Part shown: positions 31,345 through 42,914 of the stretch, piece after piece | Layout of the letters: every line of letters begins with the position of its first letter | Numbering within the stretch: position 1 is the stretch's first letter | Source of the DNA: a virus | Strand: one strand, 5' to 3' | Virus record (IMG/VR): IMGVR_UViG_3300009147_000001 | Coordinates: 46,164-110,163 of that record | Length of the DNA stretch: 64,000 bases | Notes under the pieces: generated by a model | Told to the model about the DNA's origin: nothing | The model's input: the letters and a program-made list of their open reading frames with translations, nothing else | The model's database searches: none | Program-made: the position numbers and the translations under genes

Positions 31345-32153
31345 TGACAGCTTTGTCTAGCATGTGCTATGGTCCGTTGTCAAAAAATTGACGAATTACA
31401 TAATAAAATATTGACGCTTTATTATATCTAGGCTATACCTCGATATCGCAGATATTATTTGAATTAGCTAACACGATAATTCAAACCGTCAAAATATTAT
31501 AATTCAATAACTCACCAAAAACAAGGAGGACCCTGCCGGAATGTCCTTTTTATACCGTTTTGTTATAATATAGTTATTTTGTTCACATTTAATAACATTA
31601 ATACCATTTCATACCCTTTTATGTGGTTTGTCCCATTTATACTATTATATCAGGATATCGAAATGCCTGAATTATCGTAAATTGGCGATTTATCCATTCA
31701 ATCGGGTAAATACGACATATACGATATGTCGCATTTGGCGATTTATAAGCATAAGGGGTGAATTACTAGCATAGTGGGTGAAATATCGGGACATTTCGGA
31801 CATATCGGGTCTACAGATGGCGCCATGTGGATCAAAAAAGTGTCCAAAATATCATAACTTGTTCTGAAATGTCCTATTTTGTCACCATTTTTATGCGTAT
31901 TTTAGCCCAGATTTTTGAGCCCATATATACTAGTAAATCCGGACATTTACGCATATAACCAACATTTGGGACTGTGCTATAGTGGTGATAGCGGGGGAAA
32001 AGGGACATAAGGTGGGAAACGGAACTTTCGGAAGTATCCGAAAAGCCGGGGAAATCCTACCAAATCGTACTTTGACAAGACAATAGAGGAAATGCAGGAT
32101 CTATCCGGATCTAAGGGGCTATGTCCAGACAAAAATGGACATAGGAGGACAAA

Positions 32154-32351
32154 GTGCCTCAAATCGGGATAAGTGACGGAAAACCCGTCATTTTCGCCCA
32201 TGTCGGCGATATCGTATATAGCCCGAAAAACCACCCTTTCGAGGGAAGAATCACCTATGTCGGCAAATACGGAGTCAAAGTACGATGGATAGTACCTAAC
32301 GGACAAAACTGGACAGAGTGGGTGTTAAAGGACACTCTGGGCATAAGCTGA
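32154..32351 (+). CDS. Hypothetical early protein
   Basis: AGGAGG RBS. Confidence 0.7.
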   Translation: MPQIGISDGKPVIFAHVGDIVYSPKNHPFEGRITYVGKYGVKVRWIVPNGQNWTEWVLKDTLGIS

Positions 32352-32454
32352 CACAAGCGGACATAGCCTCCTAAATCCGGATAGATCTGGACATGCTCTC
32401 CTATATCCACCTATGTCCGGACAGGGTAGGGAAAAACGGACATAGGAGCACAAA

Positions 32455-32694
32455 ATGCTAGAAATCAGAGTAAACCCGGACAAGACGGTGCAGATCCCTC
32501 TGATCGGGACATTCTTCACGTACCAGGGCGAATCGTACGTAGTGCTCCGAACCACCACATACCAGGAGCAAGGCGACGATACGCTCATTCCGGTCTTTAC
32601 GACCATAGCTCTCATTCTTCGCGTAAACGACGAAGGCGACGATCTGGGCGAAGAGACCAAAGAGGTCAACGCGGACGAACTGACTGAAATCTAG
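32455..32694 (+). CDS. Hypothetical early protein
   Basis: AGGAG RBS. Confidence 0.7.
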   Translation: MLEIRVNPDKTVQIPLIGTFFTYQGESYVVLRTTTYQEQGDDTLIPVFTTIALILRVNDEGDDLGEETKEVNADELTEI

Positions 32695-32799
32695 AAAAAA
32701 CCGGATATAGGTGGATATAAGAGAGCATGTCCTCGCACATTAGGTTCTATCCGGATCTATGGTGCTATGTCTGGACAGAAACGGACATAGGAGACAAAG

Positions 32800-32982
32800 A
32801 TGGGCATAGCAGCAGCAATCCTGAAAATCGTGTTGATGGCGGTCGTTTCCATCCAAAACGCGACAATCTCGGACATGCAGGACAAGTCGGAGCATTTCCC
32901 GGTATGTCACAGCATAAGGGAAGATGAACCACCTTATGACTGCGATTACGTCCATCACGCATGGATACCCCGTAACCGGTAA
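32800..32982 (+). CDS. Hypothetical early protein
   Basis: AGGAG RBS. Confidence 0.65.
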   Translation: MGIAAAILKIVLMAVVSIQNATISDMQDKSEHFPVCHSIREDEPPYDCDYVHHAWIPRNR

Positions 32983-33084
32983 ATAACGGACATTCCAGAC
33001 GTAGCATCATAAATCCGGATAGAACAGGACTAAGTCGGGTTTAGGGTCCATGTGCCGTAAAAACGGACACAGAGGACAAAAACC

Positions 33085-33678
33085 ATGAAATGGTTGAAAG
33101 TAGTCGCATTCGCCATAGTTGCCGCAGTCGCGGCATACAAGTCATTCTGGCACATGTACGACCAAATCACCGTAAAGACCGCAGAATCTGACCCAATGGG
33201 CATATCGCCCTATATCCTCCCAATCTCCGTAGATGGGTTGTTAGTGGTCGCAGCGATCGAAATCCGGACAGCCAGGACATTAGGGCGATCTTGGGTTAAA
33301 CTCCGCAAAAACCTCGTAGCGTACATAGGGTGCGGAACCGGACTTCTCATGTCAGGGTGGGCAAACTGGAACTCAGTGGACAAATACACCCTGATCGCTG
33401 TAATATGGGCCATATGGCCCGTATTTGCCCTTTTCGCCTCACTTGAGGCCATTCTGGGCACAGTGCTACAAAAGCCGCGATCCAAGGCAAAGGCCGTGGT
33501 AGAACCAAAAACGGACACAACCGCCCAAAAGCCGAAGAAGTGGGCAGATCTGACGGAAGCGGAAAAGAAGGCAATCCGGTCAGAGCGGTCAAAGCGGGCA
33601 GCACTGACAAACCGGAGGAAAAAGGCCATAGCGGCCGAAGACGCCGCAATCGCCCAAGCAGAGCAAATCCTAGCGTAA
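33085..33678 (+). CDS. DUF2637-like membrane protein
   Basis: SFWH, LPISVDGL, SGWAN, WP motifs; ~4 TM helices, basic tail. Confidence 0.75.
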   Translation: MKWLKVVAFAIVAAVAAYKSFWHMYDQITVKTAESDPMGISPYILPISVDGLLVVAAIEIRTARTLGRSWVKLRKNLVAYIGCGTGLLMSGWANWNSVDKYTLIAVIWAIWPVFALFASLEAILGTVLQKPRSKAKAVVEPKTDTTAQKPKKWADLTEAEKKAIRSERSKRAALTNRRKKAIAAEDAAIAQAEQILA

Positions 33679-34103
33679 CAGCCAAAAGCGGCACATGGGC
33701 TCCAATCCCGACTTAGTCAGACATACTCTCCTATATCCTGCCATGCCCGGACAAAACGGACATTAGGCACTTAATAGGCGGTTCACACTTTGTCACCATA
33801 AGGTTCACTGTCAGGTTTCCGACAGATCAACATCCCTTTTGGGGTCTTGTGCTCAGAAATATCGTACATGTCTAGATTTAACCGCATATATCAGGGCAAG
33901 TTTTGGCATGATATAAGCGAAGAATCGGACATATCACGAAAACCCGGGCGGAGTAGACTGGAGGAAACAGGTGGGAACGGAAGCATCCGGCAAATCCGGA
34001 CAGCCCGGGGAAACCCTCCAAAATCGGACATTGACACCTAAACAGTGACAGACGAGGGCTTACCCGGCCCTATCCTCTCATGTCTGGGCGGAAACGGACA
34101 GAA

Positions 34104-34346
34104 ATGGACATTTACCACATTCACCCATACATGGTACGACCCGTCCGAAGCTGCACCAAAGCAGACATCCAGCGCCAAATGGACAGACTTCGCAGCGAGG
34201 GACAGATCGAACCTATCGTGGTAAAACCGCCGAAAATGGGACAATACGAGCCAGATCGGGAGCATCCCGACTACTGGTACTACTCACCCGAAATGGTCGA
34301 AGCGGCCATAAGGCTCGGATGGGATGAAATACTCGTAACCTACTAA
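34104..34346 (+). CDS. Hypothetical early protein
   Basis: ATG after AAACGGACAGAA, inside inverted-repeat pair 5. Confidence 0.6.
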   Translation: MDIYHIHPYMVRPVRSCTKADIQRQMDRLRSEGQIEPIVVKPPKMGQYEPDREHPDYWYYSPEMVEAAIRLGWDEILVTY

Positions 34347-34466
34347 TCTAGTAGATGTCTAGACATGAGGGGTTAAGACCGGGTAAGCCCTAGGTTGTAC
34401 GGATTTGTAGCGGTATGTCCAAGAATCCCCAAGATCAACAGCTAGAAACGGATAAAGGGGACAAAA

Positions 34467-34691
34467 ATGGACAATCAAGGCAAGCTCAGCAAAGTACACA
34501 ACATGCTCGAAAAGGGACAGATCAGCCTAATCGACGCACAGGTGTACATTGACGACATCTCCCGCGAAACCAGCGCATTGTGGGGCCAGTACCCCAAAAC
34601 CCTCCAGAGCTGCCCATTGTGCACCATCGGGATGGTCCGGATGATCGTGTACTTTCTGCGCATTCGCGACGGTTCGGTCGTAGCTGACTAA
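34467..34691 (+). CDS. Hypothetical early protein
   Basis: AAGGGG RBS, inside inverted-repeat pair 6. Confidence 0.6.
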   Translation: MDNQGKLSKVHNMLEKGQISLIDAQVYIDDISRETSALWGQYPKTLQSCPLCTIGMVRMIVYFLRIRDGSVVAD

Positions 34692-35285
34692 CACCAGCAA
34701 AAAGGACATACCGCTACATGTCCGTACAAAAGGAGGGAAGATGGCCGTAAAATGGCCAAAACGGATATTCCCCTGGGAAGAGCCCATGTCGGACTACGCA
34801 CGCAGAGCGCGCATGGCCGACAAAACGGACAAGGAGCCCAAAATCCACGTATCGGTGCACATCAGGGTAACTGCCACCGAACGGGCATTACGGTTCGATT
34901 TCAGCAAACCGGACCAAACGGAGCTGTGGGGCTTCTAGGAAGGAACGGACAATGTTGACACTTAGGGCACACTGGCGCAAAGCGCGCTGGGCCTGGACAA
35001 GCCGGCGAAACGGACAGTACCGGTTCAAGGTACATTCCGTCTAGAACGGAGAAAACGGACATGTCAGACAAAGACCTCGAATACCTCAACTGGCTCGAAA
35101 CCGTCCTGTGGGACGAAACGGAGAAATCGTACATCTCCGACTTCCTGCGCTTTATGGCTGCATTCGACCATTACGTCGGAAGGTACCGCAAAAACGGCTA
35201 ATCGGACAGTTTACATCATACGCACCATATGGTGCGTATGGTGTAACCTGCCCGAGAGCAGGCAAAACGGACAAAGGAGCAAACA

Positions 35286-35576
35286 GTGAATAACTGGGCA
35301 TCCGGGATCTACTACCCAGATACGAAAAGCACGAACGAATTCGTGTCCAACACGACATTTGGGCATGCACTACGCACCATGCTCAAAGAGGCCCAAGAGC
35401 GGACAAACGACGCTTACGACAACAACGACCACGAAACTGGCAAAATGTACGAAGTGCTCGTTGCAGACATTCGCGACATCGCCGACGACGAGGGCATCAT
35501 GGACGATCCGGACATGTGGGAGGAACAGACCTTTTACCTCGATGACGACACCGAGTGGTACATCGGACAATACTGA
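35286..35576 (+). CDS. Acidic hypothetical protein
   Basis: AAGGAG RBS. Confidence 0.65.
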   Translation: MNNWASGIYYPDTKSTNEFVSNTTFGHALRTMLKEAQERTNDAYDNNDHETGKMYEVLVADIRDIADDEGIMDDPDMWEEQTFYLDDDTEWYIGQY

Positions 35577-35653
35577 CATCTAGGTCGTTCTCATCATAGG
35601 TGACTTTCTGGTCACCTATGGCGAAATCCACCTAGACAGGAGGAAAACGGACA

Positions 35654-35887
35654 ATGGACCCAACCCAGACATTGCGGGACATGCTCAACCTTATCCAGCA
35701 AATCGGACAACTCGCCACATTGGAGGGTCATCTACGCAATCTGGACGAATTGAGCGAAAAGACCGCAGACCTGCGCGAATGGCTCCTCAATGGAGGATAC
35801 GCCCCAGATCTACTATTCTTCCACACAGCGGACGAACTCCCGCAGTTCGCCCAAATCGACACGAGACTGGAGAATGAAGACGTCTAG
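35654..35887 (+). CDS. Hypothetical protein (MDP..L..WL..GG family)
   Basis: AGGAGG RBS. Confidence 0.65.
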   Translation: MDPTQTLRDMLNLIQQIGQLATLEGHLRNLDELSEKTADLREWLLNGGYAPDLLFFHTADELPQFAQIDTRLENEDV

Positions 35888-35971
35888 GTCGTTCTAGTCC
35901 AAGATGGGCATTGCGCCCATCTCGGGCTAAATCCACCTAGACGTGGAGAAACCAACACAAAAGGACATGAA

Positions 35972-36172
35972 ATGGACATCCAGGACATCATCGACAATCC
36001 CGTCTTCATGGACAAAGCGGCGCAAAACCTCATGATTCTGCGCATCCTGCGCAAGCTGGGCGTAGACCTCAATGAGGTCTTGCCGGACCTTCCGGACGGA
36101 GTGAGCATCGACGACATTCACGCCCTTCTGGACGATCTGGACGAATTCCTCCTGACGGGCGTATCCGTCTGA
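35972..36172 (+). CDS. Acidic hypothetical protein
   Basis: AAAGGA RBS. Confidence 0.6.
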   Translation: MDIQDIIDNPVFMDKAAQNLMILRILRKLGVDLNEVLPDLPDGVSIDDIHALLDDLDEFLLTGVSV

Positions 36173-37120
36173 AATCGGACAGGATCGGACGAATGAAGGT
36201 AAATCGGACAAAAGGCGGATGGCTGGTCATAGGCACCAGAAAGGAACTACACGACCTTACCATACCGTACATCATCAAACCGGACACATGCATCAAAAAC
36301 CGGTAAATCGGACATCTCGGGTCATTCTGGGGCAAAAGCCCCAGAGTGGTCAAATATGCCCGAAACGGACATATCAGACAATCAGAACGTATAGGGGCAT
36401 ACCGGGCATATGGGTCAAAATGGACATAGCGCTCCCTGAATAATCATGGGAGAAATCCTGGCAATTGGGCCTAATTGCGTCCAATTGGCCAAACCACGTC
36501 CAAACGGACAAAAGAGGGTAAAAATGAGCAATGAGGGTACAATTGACGACCAGGGTAAATCCCACATCTGGGTCGTTCAGGGCTATTACCAACCATACGG
36601 GTGGGAAGACCTCACCGCGGAGGAAACCTACCCAGAAGCCCTGAAACGGAAGAAAGAGTTCATAGACAATGAAGGTGGTAAGTACCGCATCAAAGTCTAC
36701 ATAGACCCAGAAACCAACACCGATTGCTGAACCGGACAGATCGCATCAATCACGGCATAAGCCGTGATCGGTGCCATCGAGCCCGAATCGAACAGAAATG
36801 GACATCATGTCACTAAAGGTAGGAACCATCATCACTCGGTACCATCCACTCCTAAGAGAACTAACGTGTGAAGATGGAGTATGTGTGGGCAAGATACTAC
36901 GAACGTTCACATACGCCAACTATCATCACGTAGAAGTCACATGGTGGGAAACCTGCTCATATCACAACTACGACACATCAACAAACACATATCTCTTCCT
37001 CCACGACGAGATATGGGAAATCGGACAAATCCCGGAAATCTCCTGAACCGGACAGATCGCATCATTCTTGGCACTGTGCCAAGAATGGTGCAATGTGCCT
37101 GACACAGAGGAGAAACGGAC

Positions 37121-37798
37121 ATGACGAACAAGGTAGACACACTACGCCACTCCGACTTTACGGTCGAATGGATCGACCCGAATGATATCTCCACCATTCG
37201 GGACAGAGGCTACGTAAATCCCTATCAACTGGACAAAATCCCACATAAGGGGGCAATCCCGTTCGTTGATCTCGGATCGGTTGCAGCCGGCGAAGACACC
37301 GCAAACCAGACATCCACCGTCAACCGGTCCAATTACCGAAGACTACGCGAAGACTACCCAACCGTGTTCATCAACGTCAGCTATTACAACGTGGACACAT
37401 TGGGTGCGATCGTGCCAGATCTCCCCGATGAGGTCATCAACCTCCTTATCGGATTAAAAGAGGACTATCCGCTCTACGACGAGGAAGACCTCTGCAATCT
37501 GGAGGATGAGGAAATAACGGACTCCTGGGACCAATGGGTTCGATCCGACGTTTCCTCCATCATCATCGAAAAGCTCTCTTACGCCGAGGATGAGGACACC
37601 CTCGACACATGGTACAAAATGGACAAAGAGCACGAAGCAGAGCTTTTCTGGCGATGTGTGGAGGATCTGGACAGATACCCCGAACACAGCGGTATTGAGG
37701 TCATCTGGAACGATCTGGACAAAATCGCCGAAAGGATGATCCGCTACCTTTCCGGGGAAATTACGCCAGTTCCGGACGATCAAGCACCTTTGTTCTGA
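37121..37798 (+). CDS. Acidic hypothetical protein
   Basis: GAGGAG RBS; L.EDYPLYDEED motif. Confidence 0.75.
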   Translation: MTNKVDTLRHSDFTVEWIDPNDISTIRDRGYVNPYQLDKIPHKGAIPFVDLGSVAAGEDTANQTSTVNRSNYRRLREDYPTVFINVSYYNVDTLGAIVPDLPDEVINLLIGLKEDYPLYDEEDLCNLEDEEITDSWDQWVRSDVSSIIIEKLSYAEDEDTLDTWYKMDKEHEAELFWRCVEDLDRYPEHSGIEVIWNDLDKIAERMIRYLSGEITPVPDDQAPLF

Positions 37799-38675
37799 TT
37801 TGGTGCGAAGCGTATCATAAGATACGCTTCGAGCCATGTCAGCGCAAGGAGGGAACAACGGACAATCATGACACTTAAGACAATAAGAACAACAGTAGAC
37901 AAAATAGCTGGAATGTACACGTATCAGCTCAGAATCGTCGAAAACGGACTAGAAACGGACAAAGTAGTCATTATCCGGGCTACTAACCCACTATACCTCG
38001 AAAAGGATACGTGGGTGGAAATAGACTTTCCCGACGATTAGAACATTATGGTCATAGTTCGCAGACCATGCGAACTATGGCCATCCTATTCTCATCTGCC
38101 AGACCAAGAAAAACAAAGATCATTATGTTGTCAAGATCTTGACACACTGGTAGGCTGACAGCACACGGGGACATCGGGATCACGATACTACGGGCCAAAA
38201 CCCCGAAAGTCATGATGCCCATTGAATCGGACCTATAGTGCATAGACTGCGCTATCCGCTTGAAAAAACCATAGTGACTTTTCTGCCACGGGCAGGCTGA
38301 CGCACCCGCGTCACCCTAGCCCGTTGGGCTCCCAGTGACCAGCGTATACGCCCTGTATGGGCCGCTAGCACACGATCCCGCCACGGTGGTACCCCGAGGT
38401 ATCAACCGTCACGGATCATGGCGCAGCGTGGCGCTCAGCGCGTTTTCCCTGGTCACTGACCTATGGTCGGGTAGGAACAAAAGCGCAAAAACGCGATGAC
38501 AGGATAAATCGGACACTTCGTTCATTATCCTCATATCATCCTGAGTAGCGTAATAACGTCCTATCCGTGCCATAGGCCACGAAAGGAGCCGACTGCTCGT
38601 GAGGTTCTGCTCAGAAACGTGCTAGCAGTCACGTTTCTGGTCAAAGTCTCATGAAACGGACACAAGGAGACAAAA

Positions 38676-39767
38676 ATGGACAAAGACCAACCTATCATCA
38701 TCGTTGGGGGATCTCTGACCGGACCGGTTATGTCACTCTTATTGATGAATGCCGGATTTAGCAACGTTCACCTCTATGAGGCAATTCCACCCAATATTTC
38801 CCCATCAGGTGGAGTAATCGGACTTGACCACTACGCCCTGGACGTACTGGAAAGTGTCGGAATCATCCAGAACGAGATCATTCCGTTCACGTCTGAGCGC
38901 GTCATTGCTATCAAACTACGCTCGGGCACCGAAAACCAGACATTCTACCCAGGACGCAACACCACGTGGTCAATTCTGCACACTGCACTCATGCGCCGAA
39001 TGCCGGACAATCACTACCACCCGGGCAAGAAGGTTACGAGTGTGAATACTGGATACATCGGATTTTCGGATGGTAGCACGACAGAAAGTGCATTCACCAT
39101 CTTTGCCGATGGACGCCGCTCTACTGGACGAAAGCTGCTCGACCCAACCCGAAAGCTCCATTACGCCGGATATGTAGCGCACCGAGGCATTCTCGACCGG
39201 TGTCCTCCTGACATTCGCGACTTCCTGCGCTTTGAAGGGCAAGACACCGCATTTAACGTCTTTCCCATCATTCAGGATAACGGGGCAATCGGCATGGACT
39301 GGACATTCTACCTCAACACGTCAGAACCGGATTTTCGCCAGCATTTCGGTGCATCACCGGTCGTAAAGACCTTCATGCACCAAATCCCTTCTGATGTAAC
39401 TACCGTGGTCGATTGTGCCGCTACTCGCACACTCACGGAGCAAACCGCACATCTTGTGCACTCAACTGCAACGCGGATGGCGGTGCCCATCGTGGACATC
39501 GACCAGCCAACTACCATGATCTTCAACAACGGGTCAAGCGTGCTCATTGGTGACGCACTGGCCCCGGTTCGCCCACATACCGCTAGGGGCGCCAATAATG
39601 GGATAATAGCCGCCCAGTCGCTCATGGTAGCTTTGCGCCATCATGTCAACCATGGAGCAAATCTCCTTTCCGCCCTAAAAGGTTGGGAGTCACGGCTTTT
39701 GCCTACTATCCACCAAGATGTAGCCAATGGGCCTATTATGGGCGCTAAGCTCGGATTGGGAGGCTAG
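38676..39767 (+). CDS. FAD-dependent monooxygenase (2,6-dihydroxypyridine hydroxylase-like)
   Basis: IVGGSLTG, FADGRRS, YAGYVAHRG, LIGDA..RPHTARG fingerprints. Confidence 0.85.
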   Translation: MDKDQPIIIVGGSLTGPVMSLLLMNAGFSNVHLYEAIPPNISPSGGVIGLDHYALDVLESVGIIQNEIIPFTSERVIAIKLRSGTENQTFYPGRNTTWSILHTALMRRMPDNHYHPGKKVTSVNTGYIGFSDGSTTESAFTIFADGRRSTGRKLLDPTRKLHYAGYVAHRGILDRCPPDIRDFLRFEGQDTAFNVFPIIQDNGAIGMDWTFYLNTSEPDFRQHFGASPVVKTFMHQIPSDVTTVVDCAATRTLTEQTAHLVHSTATRMAVPIVDIDQPTTMIFNNGSSVLIGDALAPVRPHTARGANNGIIAAQSLMVALRHHVNHGANLLSALKGWESRLLPTIHQDVANGPIMGAKLGLGG

Positions 39768-40007
39768 ATGACCAAAGCCAAAGACCTGGAACCAGGAGAT
39801 CAGATAAAGCTAGAAATAGACGGTGTGGTTAACACAGAACGCCCAGACGGGTCAACCTGGACATATCTCTATTTCACCACCACCACTGACACACTGTACA
39901 TACCGAGCGATAGCGACATATCTACCGAGTCATGACGCTCTAGTGCAAAGCGTACTATACGGTACGCTTTGTGCTATACCGCCATGAAACGGACAAAGGA
40001 TCACAAA

Positions 40008-40346
40008 ATGTCACACTTCCACGTAGGCCATAACATGCCGGGCTATCTGCCCGAAAGCGACATCATGTGTTTCGATAATGCAGAAGACGCAATTCGAGCC
40101 CTAGGGGATGAACTGGACAAAGCTATCGACACCCTCTTCGAATTCAACAATTCTGCTCTCAAGGACACACTCTACGCAATAGTAGAAATCTACCAGGATG
40201 GAACATCCCCGGAGTTCTGCGACGTTACATACGAACTGCATGAAGGTCGCAGCGTCCGACACAGAGTCGACGGGTATGAATACTGGATCGAACCGGTCAA
40301 TCACGCCTATGACGTCTGTGAATGTCGAGAACCGTACCTAGAGTGA
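40008..40346 (+). CDS. Hypothetical protein
   Basis: HVGHNMPGYLPES; AAAGGA RBS. Confidence 0.6.
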   Translation: MSHFHVGHNMPGYLPESDIMCFDNAEDAIRALGDELDKAIDTLFEFNNSALKDTLYAIVEIYQDGTSPEFCDVTYELHEGRSVRHRVDGYEYWIEPVNHAYDVCECREPYLE

Positions 40347-41149
40347 GGTTCTAGTCATATCCGACTAACCTAGTCGGATGTGGCTAAATCCCTATGAAAG
40401 GATGAAAAAATGGCACTATGGAATGCAACCGTGGCAGTTGCCATTATCAAGGCACGCCGCCGAGGAGACAACGAATTCGCCCAATTCCTCAAAACCCTTC
40501 TCTTCTAGACCTACGGAACAGAAATGGACGAACCATACGACAACGGTGATCCGGTTACATTCTGCACGGAATGCAATCATGCCGACATCAAACACACATC
40601 GTTTGAACCAGACGAATGGGACGAATGGGCCAATGTACTTAAATGCCAGGAATGCGGACAATTGTGCTGGAATGCCCAATTCGTCACCCTGGAGTACCTG
40701 ATCTGATCGAGGAGGAACGAGACAATTCAACAGAATAGGATAATCCGTGCGTAAATTACTCAAATCAGACCTAACCGTCACAAATCCACCACAACCTCGC
40801 CAACCATCACCATACCGAGAAGCATGGACAATTGACTTCCATGACCGCACATCGGTCATTGTCTTCACATATGACACCATGGTAGCAATTGTCAGAAAGA
40901 CGATAGATCACGTCCCATTGCACCATGGTAATACCAAAAAGGTGCATTATCAACTCATAAAGTGGATGGATGACGATAAAGGGTACGAAATTCTTAGCTC
41001 GGTAGAAATGGACATAAAACTCATCTAGACAGTTATGGTGTGGATCGGACAAAACATAACATATAACAATCATACCCCGATTCACGCCATATCTACCTAG
41101 ACCGGGTAGATAACCAGAAAACCAACACACAGAAGGATACATCACCACA

Positions 41150-41536
41150 ATGGATCTCAGTGCCTATATGTACGACAGTGACGGATTCAACGCCAATGGT
41201 CGCGACAAGTACGGCTATAACCGCAACGGTTATGACCGGGAGGGTCTCAACCGTGACGGTCTGACCAGCGATGGTTTCAGCGCCCAAGGATGGAACGCCG
41301 AAGGACGCGACAAGCGCGGCTTTGACGCCAATGGTCGCGATGTGAACGGTTTCGACCGGTATGGCTGGGACAAGGATGGTTTCAACCGTGATGGCCTCAA
41401 CGCTGACGGCTATGACCGCGATGGCTTCAGTAAGGGTGGATTCAACCGGTATGGCTACAACCGCGACGGCAAGACGCGCCAGCAGGTCTACATCTACAAC
41501 GAAAAGGGTGAAATCCGCCCGGACCTGACCGCCTGA
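41150..41536 (+). CDS. GF/YNRDG pentapeptide-repeat protein
   Basis: ~20 imperfect (G)(F/Y/L/W)(N/D)x(D/N/Y) repeats. Confidence 0.8.
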   Translation: MDLSAYMYDSDGFNANGRDKYGYNRNGYDREGLNRDGLTSDGFSAQGWNAEGRDKRGFDANGRDVNGFDRYGWDKDGFNRDGLNADGYDRDGFSKGGFNRYGYNRDGKTRQQVYIYNEKGEIRPDLTA

Positions 41537-41601
41537 CCGTTTTCGTCATAGACGGCACAGCCGTGTCGTCTATGGCGAAATCGACCAGGAAAGGACAAAT
41601 C

Positions 41602-41925
41602 ATGACCACCTACGGCAAAGCACGTGAAGAGACCATCAACGCTCTCATTGAACGAAAGCCGTTCATGAGATCAGGCTTCGGCATGAAAGCCTTCAACCGG
41701 GCAACGGAACTAAGAGGTCGACTTCCCGAAAAATGGGTCAATGAGTACGCAATAGACGAACTCGAAGGAATAGTCTATACCGTCGTTTCCTACATGACTC
41801 CCATTGCTTGGGTAAAAAGGGACGGAACCGTTGTCATTCCTGACATATACTATTCCCCCACCACATCAGCCCATCAGGGACTATGCCGGACATACCTTAC
41901 CTCCGGTAAAGGATATAACACCTGA
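41602..41925 (+). CDS. Hypothetical phage protein
   Basis: YTVVSYMTPIAW...YSPTTSAHQ; AAAGGA RBS. Confidence 0.7.
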   Translation: MTTYGKAREETINALIERKPFMRSGFGMKAFNRATELRGRLPEKWVNEYAIDELEGIVYTVVSYMTPIAWVKRDGTVVIPDIYYSPTTSAHQGLCRTYLTSGKGYNT

Positions 41926-42060
41926 ACCGGACAAAAGGATGAACAATGATATACTTCCGACGACGCAAGCCAAACAGTCATAGGTGGGACTTCTAGGTTC
42001 GTTTAGTGCAATTGGTCCCATGCGGACCAATTGTGCTATGCAAACCGAGAAAGGACAATA

Positions 42061-42405
42061 ATGGACAAAACACTCGAAAAGGCTAGAGCGCATAATAACA
42101 TGCCATTCGTCATCTATTTGATGAACGCCGTGATGCGCACACCAACGTACCAATCCAATCAAAGCACCTATGCCTTCTGGTTGTGGTACCAAGCGATTAG
42201 ATGGGACTATCGGGACAAAGATCCTGATCCTATCAGCATAAAACGGATTTATCACAAAGACCTGATCGGATGGGACGTCAACGGCAGAGACTGCGAGGTG
42301 TGCCATATGCACCCGCATAGTCACGACTGGATGGACCTGGACATTAACGGCTTTGCCGTCAATTGCTCCAATATCGACAGAACATCACCAGTGAGCACGA
42401 TATGA
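42061..42405 (+). CDS. Hypothetical protein
   Basis: AAAGGA RBS after hairpin. Confidence 0.55.
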   Translation: MDKTLEKARAHNNMPFVIYLMNAVMRTPTYQSNQSTYAFWLWYQAIRWDYRDKDPDPISIKRIYHKDLIGWDVNGRDCEVCHMHPHSHDWMDLDINGFAVNCSNIDRTSPVSTI

Positions 42406-42871
42406 GCAAAGAGACACACATCAACAGCATTCTCGCCACAATGCGTGAAATTCACGCACTCAGCACAACGGACGTTCATGCCTACCTCAAGCGCCAGCGG
42501 GAATTTCTGGAGCTATGGGAAGAACTGGACAAATTCCTACAATCAGGCGGCTTCTGGCCAAACATGACTATCGTGCGAAACGGATGGTTTCTAGAGAAAT
42601 GAGCACATATCACATACGATATAACAATGGGTCTCCGGCAGACAATCTATCCCGAGCGCAGCTCGAAGGAGCCATAGCGTCCTGGTTGACGAAAAATCCG
42701 TCCACATCCGACGATAGTAGCATCCATACCGTCTACATCACGGTCAACGACCGAATGGTACCTATGCGCATGCATACGTACGGTCATGACAATGGGACAT
42801 TCACTGTACTATTGTCACTCGCCGGAGTTACCATCGAAAAGTTCACCATAACCGTACAATAACTCCATAAC

Positions 42872-42914
42872 GGACATAGCAGGCATAGCAGACATAGCAG
42901 ACATAGCAGACATA
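42872..42914. repeat. 9-bp tandem repeat (G[A/G]CATAGCA, ~4.5 copies)
   Basis: Seen directly. Confidence 0.8.

Larger units (their letters stand above)
32098..34729 (+). repeat. Six ~26-34-nt inverted-repeat pairs, each enclosing one ORF
   Basis: 32098-32126/32359-32387; 32389-32420/32701-32732; 32744-32775/32994-33025; 33028-33057/33689-33718; 34055-34088/34358-34391; 34395-34420/34704-34729. Confidence 0.9.

Noticed and set aside
60-31360. Plus-strand ORFs across the virion module, and minus ORF 1060-1326
   Set aside because: These are shadows of a contiguous coupled minus-strand operon; 1060-1326 is out of frame with the real gene starting at 1309.
32098-34729. MITEs/IS elements
   Set aside because: No transposase, no evident target-site duplications, and each pair has its own sequence.
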